A DNA stretch of 64,000 bases from the NCBI GenBank assembly GCA_965207075.1, contig CBDBLO010000002.1:1696001-1760000 (forward strand), in the 5' to 3' direction. Under the pieces are notes generated by a model. That model was not told where the DNA came from, did not search any database, and saw only the letters and a program-made list of their open reading frames with translations. Made by a program: the position numbers and the translations under genes. Each line of letters opens with the position of its first letter. The stretch's first letter is position 1. Positions 30,301-38,338 of this stretch are shown here, piece after piece. This DNA comes from Nitrosopumilus sp. Lineage in GTDB: Archaea > Thermoproteota > Nitrososphaeria > Nitrososphaerales > Nitrosopumilaceae.

Positions 30301-32510
30301 ACCACGAACATCTTGGCGCCGTCGCCTGAGAACGCCACGCCGGTTGGAAGAGTCTCCTGCGCCGAGACGTCAAAGGAGTCCACGAATGAGGCCGTGGATA
30401 CGTCAAACGGGGCGGTCAGGCCGTACTCGTTTACGTCGTCGCCGGAAGATCCCATCACGAACATCTTGGCGCCGTCGCCTGAGAACGCCACGCCGTTTGG
30501 GAGAGTATCCTGCGCCGAGACGTTAAAGGAGTCCACGAATGAGGCCGTGGAGACGTCAAACGGGGCGGCCAGGCCGTACTCGTTTACGCTGTCTCCGATA
30601 GTGCCCACCACGAACATCTTGGCGCCGTCGCCTGAGAACGCCACGCCGTTTGGGAAATCCTCCTGCGCCGAGACGTCAAAGGAGTCCACGAATGAGGCCG
30701 TGGAGACGTCAAACGGGGCGGTCAGGCCGTACTCGTTTACGTCGTCGCCGGAAGCGCCCACCACGAACATCTTGGCGCCGTCGCCTGAGAACGCCACGCC
30801 GTTTGGGAGAGTCTCCTGCGCCGAGACGTCAAAGGAGTCCACGAATGAGGCCGTGGAGACGTCAAACGGGGCGGTCAGGCCGTACTCGTTTACGCTGTCT
30901 CCGTTAGTGCCCACCACGAACATCTTGGCGCCGTCGCCTGAGAACGCCACGCCTTGCGGGGAACCCTCCTGCGCCGAGACGGAGAAGGAGTCCACGAATG
31001 AGGCCGTGGAGACGTCAAACGTGCCGACTATTGTATTGCCGGCCGCGTCCTGCACCGCCCCGGGCTCGATCGTCAGTTCCGGTGTAGTGAACCCCTGAAC
31101 CGCCGCCAGGTGCTGCGCCGTCAGGGTGAACGTGATGGTGGCAGAGTCTGCCGCGGTGTCAAGCTCGGCGGCAGTCAGTGTGACGCCGTGCGTGTAGTTG
31201 CCCGACTCCCTCACGTGTATCTTGGCCGCCTCGACCATCGAGACGGGCGTGACGTCTACTGCCTCCGAAAAGGTGATGCTCAGCTTCCCCGTCGCGGTGT
31301 TGAGCTCGGACGAGACGAACGTCGGCGGCGGGTCGACTGCTGCAAGCTGGAGTATCTGGACGCCGCTGTCGTCAGATGACGCGACCGCGGCGTACGTGCC
31401 GCCGCCCGTCTGGAAGGTGGCGATGCCGGTGGCGCCCTCAAGCTCGAGGGTGGCGTCGTCCGTTATCTGGTCGGTGGCAGAGATGTTGTGCGGGTCTGAG
31501 ACGTCGAGTATCTGGACGCCGTCGTCGTCAGATGACGCCACCGCGGCGTACGTGCTGCCGCCCGCCTGGAAGGTGGTGATGCCGGTGGCGTCTTCAAGCT
31601 CGAGGGTGGCATCGTCCGTTATCTGGTCGGTGGCAGAGATGTCTGAGGGGTCCGAGACGTCGAGTATCTGGACGCCGTTGTCGGCAGATGACGCCACCGC
31701 GGCGTAGGTCTTGCCGCCCGCCTGGAAGGTGGTGATGCCGGTGGCGCCGTTAAGCTCGAGGGTGGCGTCGTCCGTTATCTGGTCGGTGGCGGTGACGTTG
31801 CCCGGGTCCGAGACGTCGAGTATCTGGACGCCGTTGTCGAAAGCTGACGCCACCGCGGCGTAGATGCTGCCGCCTGCCTGGAAGGTGGCGATGGCGCGGG
31901 GGCCGTCAAGCGCGAGGGAGCCGCCGTCCGTTATCTGGTCGGTGGCAGTGACGTTGTGCGGGTCTGAGACGTCGAGTATCTGGACGCCGTCGTCGTCAAA
32001 TGACGCCACCGCGGCGTACGTGCTGCCGCCCGCCTGGAAGATGGCGATGCCGCTGGCGCCGCCAAGCTCGAGGGAGCCGCCGTCCGTTATCTGGTCGGTG
32101 GCCGAGATGTCTGCGGGGTCCGAGACGTCGAGTATCTGGACGCCGTTGTCGAAAGCTGACGCCACCGCGGCGTAGATGCTGCCGTTGACCTGGAAGGTGG
32201 CGACGTCGCGGGCGCCGTTAAGCTCGAGGGAGCCGCCGTCCGTTATCTGGTCGGTGGCCGAGATGTCTGAGGGATCCGAGACGTCGAGTATCTGGACGCC
32301 GTTGTCGAAAGCTGACGCCACCGCGGCGTAGATGCTGCCGTTGACTTGGAAGGTGGCGACGCCAAAGGCGCCGTTAAGCTCGAGGGTGGCATCGTCCGCT
32401 ATGCCGTCCCTGGCCTCCAGGGAGAGCACGAGGTTGCCGACCTGCGCCTGCGCGTCCCAGAGCGCAAGGCCGGCCGCCGCAAGCACCGCCAGCATCGCCG
32501 CGCCCAGCAA
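27348..32510 (-). CDS. Giant repetitive adhesin: two 7-blade LVIVD-like propellers, five 51-aa propeller repeats, four PKD/K319-like domains, C-terminal DUF5011-like Ig domains
   Basis: 1,720-aa ORF with a signal peptide ending AQA/Q. 52-aa repeats (GVQILDVSDP), 51-aa repeats (PFDVSTASF..GVAFSGDG), ADAGDDQTV...VTLDGS domains and VVLNGASPTTV...WSDPGATC. True start probably upstream of a G12 tract. Confidence 0.9.
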   Translation of the reverse strand: MLGAAMLAVLAAAGLALWDAQAQVGNLVLSLEARDGIADDATLELNGAFGVATFQVNGSIYAAVASAFDNGVQILDVSDPSDISATDQITDGGSLELNGARDVATFQVNGSIYAAVASAFDNGVQILDVSDPADISATDQITDGGSLELGGASGIAIFQAGGSTYAAVASFDDDGVQILDVSDPHNVTATDQITDGGSLALDGPRAIATFQAGGSIYAAVASAFDNGVQILDVSDPGNVTATDQITDDATLELNGATGITTFQAGGKTYAAVASSADNGVQILDVSDPSDISATDQITDDATLELEDATGITTFQAGGSTYAAVASSDDDGVQILDVSDPHNISATDQITDDATLELEGATGIATFQTGGGTYAAVASSDDSGVQILQLAAVDPPPTFVSSELNTATGKLSITFSEAVDVTPVSMVEAAKIHVRESGNYTHGVTLTAAELDTAADSATITFTLTAQHLAAVQGFTTPELTIEPGAVQDAAGNTIVGTFDVSTASFVDSFSVSAQEGSPQGVAFSGDGAKMFVVGTNGDSVNEYGLTAPFDVSTASFVDSFDVSAQETLPNGVAFSGDGAKMFVVGASGDDVNEYGLTAPFDVSTASFVDSFDVSAQEDFPNGVAFSGDGAKMFVVGTIGDSVNEYGLAAPFDVSTASFVDSFNVSAQDTLPNGVAFSGDGAKMFVMGSSGDDVNEYGLTAPFDVSTASFVDSFDVSAQETLPTGVAFSGDGAKMFVVGASGVDVNEYDLASVYPITLALVVDAGDDQTVSPGATVTLDGTGSAGAGISYSWAQTFGASVTLSNTTAASPAFAAPAGTHTLTFALTATDTEMQTGTDTVTITVGSPVLALEARDGITDGGSLELSGAFGVATFQVNGSIYAAVASAFDNGVQILDVSDPSDISATDQITDGGSLELDGARDVATFHAGGGTYAAVASFDDGGVQILDVSDPSDISATDQITDDATLELEDARGITTFQVDGRTYAAVASFFDDGVQILDVSDPSDISATDQITDGGSLELDGARAIATFHAGGKTYAAVASSADHGVQILDVSDPHDISATDQITDDATLELAGATGITTFQAGGSIYAAVASFADDGVQILDVSDPSDISATDQITDDATLELESASGITTFQAGGSIYAAVASFDDDGVQILDISDPHNVTAADQITDGGSLELNGPRAITTFQTGGSTYAAVASSDDDGVQILRLATDTPPVADAGDDQTVTPGTTVTLDGSDSEDNDSITYSWAQDSGTSVTLSNTTAESPTFTAPAGPATLVFTLTVTDTASQSSTDTVTVTVSAPNVPVADAGPDRTVGSGATVTLDGSASTGTSLDYLWEQDSGPAVALSSDTAASPAFTAPAGPATLVFTLTVEDPESRQSTDSVTITVRAAEAPVADAGRDRTVSSGATVTLDGSRSTGASISHSWAQDSGPAVSLSSATAESPTFTAPAGPATLAFTLTVTDSSSRTDTDTVTIRVSAPPRDPDTNPNLYLLHLRSSVPSQGDPDYSSDARCVDPQDGDISHLVTTSITRGQTGATITYSCTDSDGNRSAISRAVASVTDTSPPRVVLNGASPTTVKLGSAWSDPGATCVDDVDPPKPATVYSSRNPVDTGTAGKYTITYWCEDSSGNWNSGDNVRTVYVTADENLKPVLSIPDIPPVRVGGSFTPPPATCHDAEDGAITDITIYWFDDLDTSKAGTYYFSYRCTDSAGKFAEKVTSVTVS
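28890..29965 (-). repeat. 7 x 156-bp intragenic tandem repeat (propeller 2)
   Basis: Near-identical 52-codon units. Boundaries approximate. Confidence 0.9.
30262..31025 (-). repeat. 5 x 153-bp intragenic tandem repeat
   Basis: Near-identical 51-codon units. Boundaries approximate. Confidence 0.9.
31345..32417 (-). repeat. 7 x 156-bp intragenic tandem repeat (propeller 1)
   Basis: Same unit as 28890-29965. Boundaries approximate. Confidence 0.9.
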
Positions 32511-32519
32511 AAGCTTCCT

Positions 32520-32531
32520 CCCCCCCCCCCC
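32520..32531 (-). repeat. G12 homopolymer in the 5' region of the adhesin gene
   Basis: 12 consecutive C on the + strand, directly before the codons AGG AAG CTT TTG (RKLL) on the - strand. Confidence 0.9.
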
Positions 32532-32699
32532 GGGGCGCGCGGGATGCGATACAAGCGCTCAATGTAATCCAACAAATACGCATGCTACTTAACTGCTACG
32601 GTATACCCGGCGCATGGATCCACGCGTCCCTCCCAGGCCGCGAATGCCGGGCATGCGCCCTAATGCCGGCGGCCTGAGCCCGCCTGCGTGAAGGAGACG

Positions 32700-33420
32700 G
32701 GGGCGTCAGCAGGGAGCAGTTGGAGCAACGGGTGCCCGCATTGGAGGAGGAGGCCAGACACGTCACAGGAGCGGCCCGGTGCGCGTGCGGGCGCGCGTCC
32801 GGGGCCCCCAACGGCCTGCCAGAAAAGGGCAACTCCGGCAGGCGGTTAGCCGGGCCGGTTCCCGGGGCCCGGAGGGAGCGCGTCCCGTTGGGAGTCGCCG
32901 GGACGGCGGGGGCCGTAACGGGCGTCAGGACAGCAGGGTCGGCGGCAAGCGGCAGCGGCGGCGCGCGTCCGACGCCGTGAGACCCGGGACGGAGGGCACA
33001 CTTAGATGGTCGAGCGGTACCCGACGGCGGGGTTTGACGAGACGCGCTGGAACGACGGCAGCGGCAGCGGCGGCGCGTACGTGAACGCGGCGCAGTCTGG
33101 AGACTGCGTCGCGACTAGTATGGGCGGCGGGGCCGCCCTGATGCCGGATGCGGTGGACGGATCCTGTGGGGCCGCCACAGCCGGCGGGCACAACGCGGGT
33201 GGCAGGCGCCAAGGTGCCGGGCCCGCCGCCCCCGGGAGGCGGGGCGCCAGGCCGGAGGGTACGGCGGCGCGGCCCCTCCCGGGGCGAAACACGTCAGGCG
33301 GGGCTGCCCCCCGCATGAGGAGCCTGGCCGGTTTTGCCGCGCGCACCCCCACGCGGCGCAGGCAGGGCAAAAACGCGTACGGGGAGGCCGCCCGGCCGAT
33401 GCAGGAGCCGCGCGAATGCG
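32700..33420 (+). pseudogene. Decayed IS66-family transposase remnant
   Basis: Fragments in IS66 order: coiled coil LEQRVPALEEEARH, GFDETRW...YV (cf. ADETGW), RNTSGG...MR..TRRRQGKNAYGE (cf. RKISGG..TCR.QG.N). Recognised by eye only. Confidence 0.45.
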
Positions 33421-33488
33421 TACGGGCCGTAGATCGACAGGCCTTTCTGCGGCTGTCCATTACGGGGCGGAATTTTCAGAGCGTCACC

Positions 33489-34181
33489 CTAGGCCGCGGT
33501 CACCGGGGGCAGCAGCAGTATCAGCAGGATCGTCGATGCCAGCAGGAACGGGATCACGGGCGCGGCCACCATCACGGGCCGTCCTTGCGCGCCGCCCCTT
33601 TCCCACTCCCTCGTGCCCACGGGCGTCGCGCGCAGCGAGAAGCCGCCCCGCCCGTCGTCGATGTATACCACGTGCCTCTCCCACGGCCTCCGGTGGTGCG
33701 CCGTAAGGAACGCGGCCGCCTTCTTGAGCGCGCCCGCAGTCCCGCACGCGGAGAAAGGGCGGCGGCCCGCCGCGGGGTGGCGGTACCACCCCGCGGCGTG
33801 CGACACGTTGAGCGCCACGTTGTATCCCACCACGGCAAACGCCAGGATGGTGACGCCGAGCAGCCCCGCAAGGACGGGCAGAAACGGCACCCCGGACGCG
33901 GCGGGCATGGTGACCGAGACTGCCAGCAAAACCACGCAGTCGCCTGACGCCACCGCCCTGCACCTGTACAGCACCAGGGCGAGCGTGACTCCCGCCACCA
34001 TCCCGAACAGGGCCCCCGCGTCTGCCAGCCCGCCGCCGAGCGCGAACAGCGCAAACCCGGCGGCACCCGCGCACATATAGTGGCGGTCGCCCCCGAGTAT
34101 GGTCCTGTACCGGATGTCCGTGTACGAGTTTGCCGCCAGCATGCCCAGCACCATGAGCAGCCGGACCAGCTCAGTCTCCAT
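33489..34181 (-). CDS. Prepilin peptidase (A24, PibD/FlaK-like)
   Basis: Multi-TM protein with SYTDIRYRTI and ASGD catalytic aspartate motifs; C-terminal APVIPFL. Confidence 0.82.
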   Translation of the reverse strand: METELVRLLMVLGMLAANSYTDIRYRTILGGDRHYMCAGAAGFALFALGGGLADAGALFGMVAGVTLALVLYRCRAVASGDCVVLLAVSVTMPAASGVPFLPVLAGLLGVTILAFAVVGYNVALNVSHAAGWYRHPAAGRRPFSACGTAGALKKAAAFLTAHHRRPWERHVVYIDDGRGGFSLRATPVGTREWERGGAQGRPVMVAAPVIPFLLASTILLILLLPPVTAA

Positions 34182-34764
34182 GTAATAGTACGCGGCGTAT
34201 CTCCTCCCCCGTCTCGTCGACCCACCTGTCCATCTCCGACAGCCTCCCGCCTATGCAGTCGAGCCGCTCCACGTCGCACGCCACCCTCTTGTACCTGGAC
34301 CTCGGGAGCAGCCCGCGCCTGCGGAGCATGGCCAGCGCGTACTGGACGCGCAGCGGGCGGACGGGCCAGTCCTCGAAAAAGTACTGGACGGTCTTGAGCG
34401 GGATCGTCACCGTGCGGTTTGCGGCCGTCTCGCCTCCCCCTCCGCCGCTCTCGCCGCCGCATCCGCCGGCCGCCATGCCGCGCGCCACACCGTACACCTT
34501 TGCCAGGACGCACACCTCAAAGAACTGCACCCCCAGGTCGTCCGACAGGGCGAACCCGCGCCCGGCCGTAGTCAGCACGGGCGGCCTGCGGCCGTGCCTG
34601 CGGCCGTCGGTGCGCGATATCAGCCCGGCCAGGGCCATCCGCCGGGGGTTCGGCGGGTACCCGCGGCCCTCCCGCACCGTCCTTATCTTGTACTTTCTGG
34701 GCGACAGGGCGTGCTTTGCGAGCATGCGCACCGCGCGGGGCGCCCCGCGGTCAACGACCGGCAT
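34171..34764 (-). CDS. Basic hypothetical protein, possibly tandem wHTH
   Basis: Overlap-coupled within the operon; LAGLI...LTTAGR and LRRRGLL resemble wHTH wings. Confidence 0.6.
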   Translation of the reverse strand: MPVVDRGAPRAVRMLAKHALSPRKYKIRTVREGRGYPPNPRRMALAGLISRTDGRRHGRRPPVLTTAGRGFALSDDLGVQFFEVCVLAKVYGVARGMAAGGCGGESGGGGGETAANRTVTIPLKTVQYFFEDWPVRPLRVQYALAMLRRRGLLPRSRYKRVACDVERLDCIGGRLSEMDRWVDETGEEIRRVLLHGD

Positions 34765-35869
34765 CGCCCCGCCCCCTGTAGAACACCACCCCGCGCGCGT
34801 CGCGGTGCCTTTGCGCAAACTCCGCAAGGCTTGTCGCGGCGTCAAACCGCGCCATCCTGACGTCCGCCCCGTCCTTCTTGCCGCCCGCAAGCCCCAGCCA
34901 CCTGCCGGCCTTCCGCGGGAACAGGTACGCCGCGGAGCCCTTGCCCTCCGGGTCCGCCTCCCTCAGGACCGTGACCGCCTCGCGGTCGTCCACCGCCGAG
35001 ACGCGCCTCGTCTTGAGGTCCACTAAATATGGCGGGTGCGCGTCGGTGCCCGGGATGACGATGGCGTCGCGCGCGTTTTTGATCAGCCGCTCCGCGCGCC
35101 GCACCTCTTTGGGGGACGCGGACTCGCCCTCCGGCGTCACCACTACGGCGGACTCGCCCTCCGGGCGGTACCGCGGGGAGTCTGACAGTATCTCTATCTC
35201 CTCGGGGCCTGGCCACGCAAAGCGGGCGTCGGTCACGGGTCGCGTCCGTACCAGCCCCGACACTTCCCGGGCCAGCTCCTCCTGCATGTCGGGCCTCTGC
35301 CGGGATACGTGGTGCGGGATATAGTACGGCAGCACGAACTGGGACAGTTTTGTGCCCAGGAACGCGCAGAGCTGGCCCAGCACCGCGGCCGCCCCGGGCT
35401 CCAGATTCAGCGCGAGGAACCTCTGGTGTATGGTCCCCCTGCACGTCCGCGACAGCGCGGCCGCGTCTTTCTCGCTGCCGTGCATGGCCACGTAGTCTGA
35501 CACCCGCCGCAGGAGCAGCGGGTTGATCCCGGCGGGCCTGTGGTTGTACCGGACGTGCCTCACGAGAAAGTCCGATATGTCGGCGCACTTTGTGACCGCG
35601 CACCTGATCGACTCTGTGCCCGCCGCGAGCGCCCCGCGGTATATGTCGCCGTCCGCCATCAGGTACGGTACGCCGCCCACGCTGCCCACCCTGACTGCCG
35701 GGACGCCGTCCTCCGGGCGGGGCCGCCCGGCCTCCGCCTCCTCCTCAAAGACGCGCCTGTACGCGTCCACCTGCTTTTGCAGCGGGACCGTAACGTCGAG
35801 CTCGTGTACGCGTATGGACGCGGTGCGGATGGGCCGCAGCCGCCCGCGCGCGCCATATCCCCCGATCAC
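34751..35869 (-). CDS. ParB/Srx-like N-terminal domain protein
   Basis: GTGA-coupled start; PAVRV...YLMADGDIYRGALAAG...IRCAV...YNHRPAGINP follows ParB N-domain spacing with a degenerate GxRR box. Confidence 0.65.
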   Translation of the reverse strand: MIGGYGARGRLRPIRTASIRVHELDVTVPLQKQVDAYRRVFEEEAEAGRPRPEDGVPAVRVGSVGGVPYLMADGDIYRGALAAGTESIRCAVTKCADISDFLVRHVRYNHRPAGINPLLLRRVSDYVAMHGSEKDAAALSRTCRGTIHQRFLALNLEPGAAAVLGQLCAFLGTKLSQFVLPYYIPHHVSRQRPDMQEELAREVSGLVRTRPVTDARFAWPGPEEIEILSDSPRYRPEGESAVVVTPEGESASPKEVRRAERLIKNARDAIVIPGTDAHPPYLVDLKTRRVSAVDDREAVTVLREADPEGKGSAAYLFPRKAGRWLGLAGGKKDGADVRMARFDAATSLAEFAQRHRDARGVVFYRGRGDAGR

Positions 35870-36732
35870 CGCGCCCCGTACCTCCTCTTTGCTATCCGTA
35901 TGGCCGCCCGCGCCGCCCGGGCCCTGTTGGGCTCCCTCAGCTCCAGCACGGGGAGTATGGCGCGCGCCTCGCGCGCCAGCGCCTCGGCGACCCCGGGCGC
36001 GTACTTGTAAGCCAGGGACTGGATCTCGGTGCTGATTGAGAACCTGCGCGGCGACGGCGACGACGAGTCCCCCGCCGCATAGGCCCGGGAGCCCGGCGCG
36101 CAGCGCTCGAGCATGTCTAGGAACCCCGTCCTGCGCAGCGCGTGCTCCCCCGTCTCCACGTCGACGTACGAGGAGGCCTCCATTATAACGTGGAGGTACG
36201 AGTGCGCGTGCCGCACGCCCATCTCCGCGCGTATGATGTCGCGGAGCCTGTCCCCGTCCAGCGGGCAGCCCCACATCCTGCAGACGCCGTGGAACGCCAG
36301 GACCAGGATCTTTGCCTTTGTCATGCGCATGCCGGGCGCGCGGCGCAGCCTGAGGTACCACGCCCACGCGTCCCTGCCCGCGCCGTTCGGGATGCCGAGC
36401 TTTTGCGATATGTTGCTGACGGCCGCCATGTCGCTCCTGCGGCGCACGAACCTGTCGGCGCGCAGCCTGCGGTCGGGCTTGCCGCCCACCTCCATCTCAA
36501 GGTACAGGTTGGTCTTGGTGCGCGGGGGCGCCGCCTGTCCTGCATGGCGCTGTTGCTCGTCCTCCCCCTTTACCACCCCGCACGCGCGGCAGACGATCTC
36601 CCCCTCGGGGGTGGCCGTCTCGCGGGCGGCGCCGTGCACGCAGGGCGGCGCGGCCCCCGCGGCCGCGTCCTGCCCCCCGGGGCGATCGGGCGCCTTGCCG
36701 CATGCCGTCCCTCCGGGCGCGATGGTGCTCAT
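35866..36732 (-). CDS. Divergent TFB/TFIIB homologue
   Basis: CVH...EGEIVCRACGVV Zn ribbon; cyclin-like ISQKLGIP...VCRMWGCP segment. Confidence 0.75.
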   Translation of the reverse strand: MSTIAPGGTACGKAPDRPGGQDAAAGAAPPCVHGAARETATPEGEIVCRACGVVKGEDEQQRHAGQAAPPRTKTNLYLEMEVGGKPDRRLRADRFVRRRSDMAAVSNISQKLGIPNGAGRDAWAWYLRLRRAPGMRMTKAKILVLAFHGVCRMWGCPLDGDRLRDIIRAEMGVRHAHSYLHVIMEASSYVDVETGEHALRRTGFLDMLERCAPGSRAYAAGDSSSPSPRRFSISTEIQSLAYKYAPGVAEALAREARAILPVLELREPNRARAARAAIRIAKRRYGAR

Positions 36733-36768
36733 ACCGGTACCAATGGTGCTTGTCGTATTTGATGTTTT

Positions 36769-36800
36769 GGTAATTTACCTGTCTGCAAGGGTAGATTACC
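36769..36800. promoter_or_regulatory. Inverted-repeat operator candidate between the divergent TFB-like and AbrB genes
   Basis: GGTAATTTACC-N10-GGTAGATTACC, 10/11 complementary. Confidence 0.5.
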
Positions 36801-36909
36801 GTATTATGCCTTTGACGCGGGCGGTCGTGCAGGCTGCGCCGGGGCGGACGCGCCGGAAGGGCGGGTTCGTCCCTTTGCCCTTTTACGCTTTCCGTGTCTT
36901 TGGCGGGCG

Positions 36910-37104
36910 GTGCTGATACGCAAGATAATCCAGAAGAACGGGGGGTCGTGGGGCGTGAGCCTTCCGGCGGACCTCGTCAGGGAGCTCGGGTGGAAAAAAC
37001 ACACCTATGTTTACGTCCAGAAGACCAGGGGCAAGTCCCTGGTGCTGCGGGCCGTGCCTGACGTCGCCGCGGCCGACGACGGGCGTCCGGCGGCGGGCGC
37101 GTAG
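36910..37104 (+). CDS. AbrB/MazE/SpoVT-family DNA-binding protein
   Basis: RKIIQKNGGSWGVSLPADLVRELGWKK.TYVYV...LVLR swapped-hairpin pattern. Confidence 0.85.
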   Translation: MLIRKIIQKNGGSWGVSLPADLVRELGWKKHTYVYVQKTRGKSLVLRAVPDVAAADDGRPAAGA

Positions 37105-37295
37105 GATGCCGCTGCTACCGCCTGCGCGGGCGGCCGCGGGCGCGACTGCCAGGATTGCGGTGTTTCTCTGATCTGTTCCCAGGTCCCCGCTTGCCAAATC
37201 CCGGAGCGCTCCCGCTTCTGGCGGTCCCGGGACGTGCGGTCTGCGGCGCAGCGGTGCCTGCTGCCGCCGCTGCCGCAGCCACGCCGCGTTGGATC

Positions 37296-37496
37296 CGCGC
37301 CCGGGCCCTCGTAACTGTGAGATGGTAACAAAGAAATCTTTGTTACCATCTCACACTTGTCGGCGCCGGACGGCGCGCGTGGCGCCCCGCTGCCGCCGTT
37401 GCCGCCGCATCGCACGGGATACGCGCCCGGGCCCTCGTAACTGTGAGATGGTAACAAAGAAATCTTTGTTACCATCTCACACTTGTCGGCGCCGGA
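37296..37496. repeat. Two identical 75-bp direct repeats (37296-37370, 37422-37496), each holding a 40-bp palindrome
   Basis: TGTGAGATGGTAACAAAGA-AA-TCTTTGTTACCATCTCACA at 37316-37355 and 37442-37481; perfect 19-bp arms; period 126 bp. Confidence 0.95.
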
Positions 37497-37629
37497 TGGC
37501 GGCCGCCCGCGGCGGAAACTGAAAATTCCCGCTTTTAACAAAAGGCGGCCTTGGCATGCAGTGAACCGCCGCCCAGCCACCACGACCGCACGGGAAGGGT
37601 CTCCGGGACCGCTTCATGCCGGGGAAGAC

Positions 37630-38328
37630 ATGCTCATATTCCTCCTGGCCTGCGTGGCGGCTGTTGCTGGTGTTGTTGTTGTTGCTGCTGCTGCTGCTGC
37701 CCTACCGGATCTTGGCGCGGACATGGCTGGAATGGCAGAAGCCCTTCTGCCCGCGGCGGGGCATGCGGAACTCGACGACGCAGCGGAGCTGGCCTGGCGT
37801 CTGGGGGACGGCCTGACTGTGGGCGACTCCTACACGTACGAGGTGTGCCACAGTATACACGCCGCGGAGGCGACCCACCCGGATCCCTGCTATACGCTGC
37901 GCATGGACTTTGTGCACAGTATGACGCATCATGCGTACGGCCCCGCCTGGATAGTTGTAGTGGGTTTTGACGGCGATAGCACCGTAATGCTTCTTGACCA
38001 TAATACCATGACCATGCACCCGACGTCGGCGTGGGACGTGTGGCTTGCGGGCTCCATCCAGGACACCGTCCTGCACCTTGCCCCGTACGGGGAGCGGAAC
38101 CTAGAGGTGGGGGCGTACTGGGGGGAGATCGACGCGTACTTTTACAGCGTGCCCCTCTCGATCATGTCGCGGGACGGGGACGGGTCCATACTGGGATACG
38201 ACACGACCGCAGAGTCTCGGACCGTCATCATATCGGGCATGCCGTTCCCAGAGTACAGCAGGTGGCACGACCCCCACAACATATCTGCGGATCCCAGGAT
38301 CATGCACGAGTACGAGCTGGTCAGGTGA
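37630..38328 (+). CDS. Secreted/membrane-anchored hypothetical protein
   Basis: Hydrophobic N-terminus, then W.LGDGLTVGDSYTYEVC. Confidence 0.7.
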   Translation: MLIFLLACVAAVAGVVVVAAAAAALPDLGADMAGMAEALLPAAGHAELDDAAELAWRLGDGLTVGDSYTYEVCHSIHAAEATHPDPCYTLRMDFVHSMTHHAYGPAWIVVVGFDGDSTVMLLDHNTMTMHPTSAWDVWLAGSIQDTVLHLAPYGERNLEVGAYWGEIDAYFYSVPLSIMSRDGDGSILGYDTTAESRTVIISGMPFPEYSRWHDPHNISADPRIMHEYELVR

Positions 38329-38338
38329 GCGTGATTTC

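Noticed and set aside
28890-32417. Regular repeats resembling a CRISPR array or DGR template/variable pair
   Set aside because: Units are in-frame 153/156-bp coding repeats without unique spacers; no cas or reverse transcriptase gene is present.
32860-32885. GGCCCGGAGGGAGC resembling SRP RNA helix 8
   Set aside because: Lacks the GNRA loop and surrounding helices; a chance match is likely in GC-rich DNA.
37316-37481. Palindromes as a terminator or mini-CRISPR
   Set aside because: No U-tract, far from stop codons, only two units and the flanks are also duplicated.
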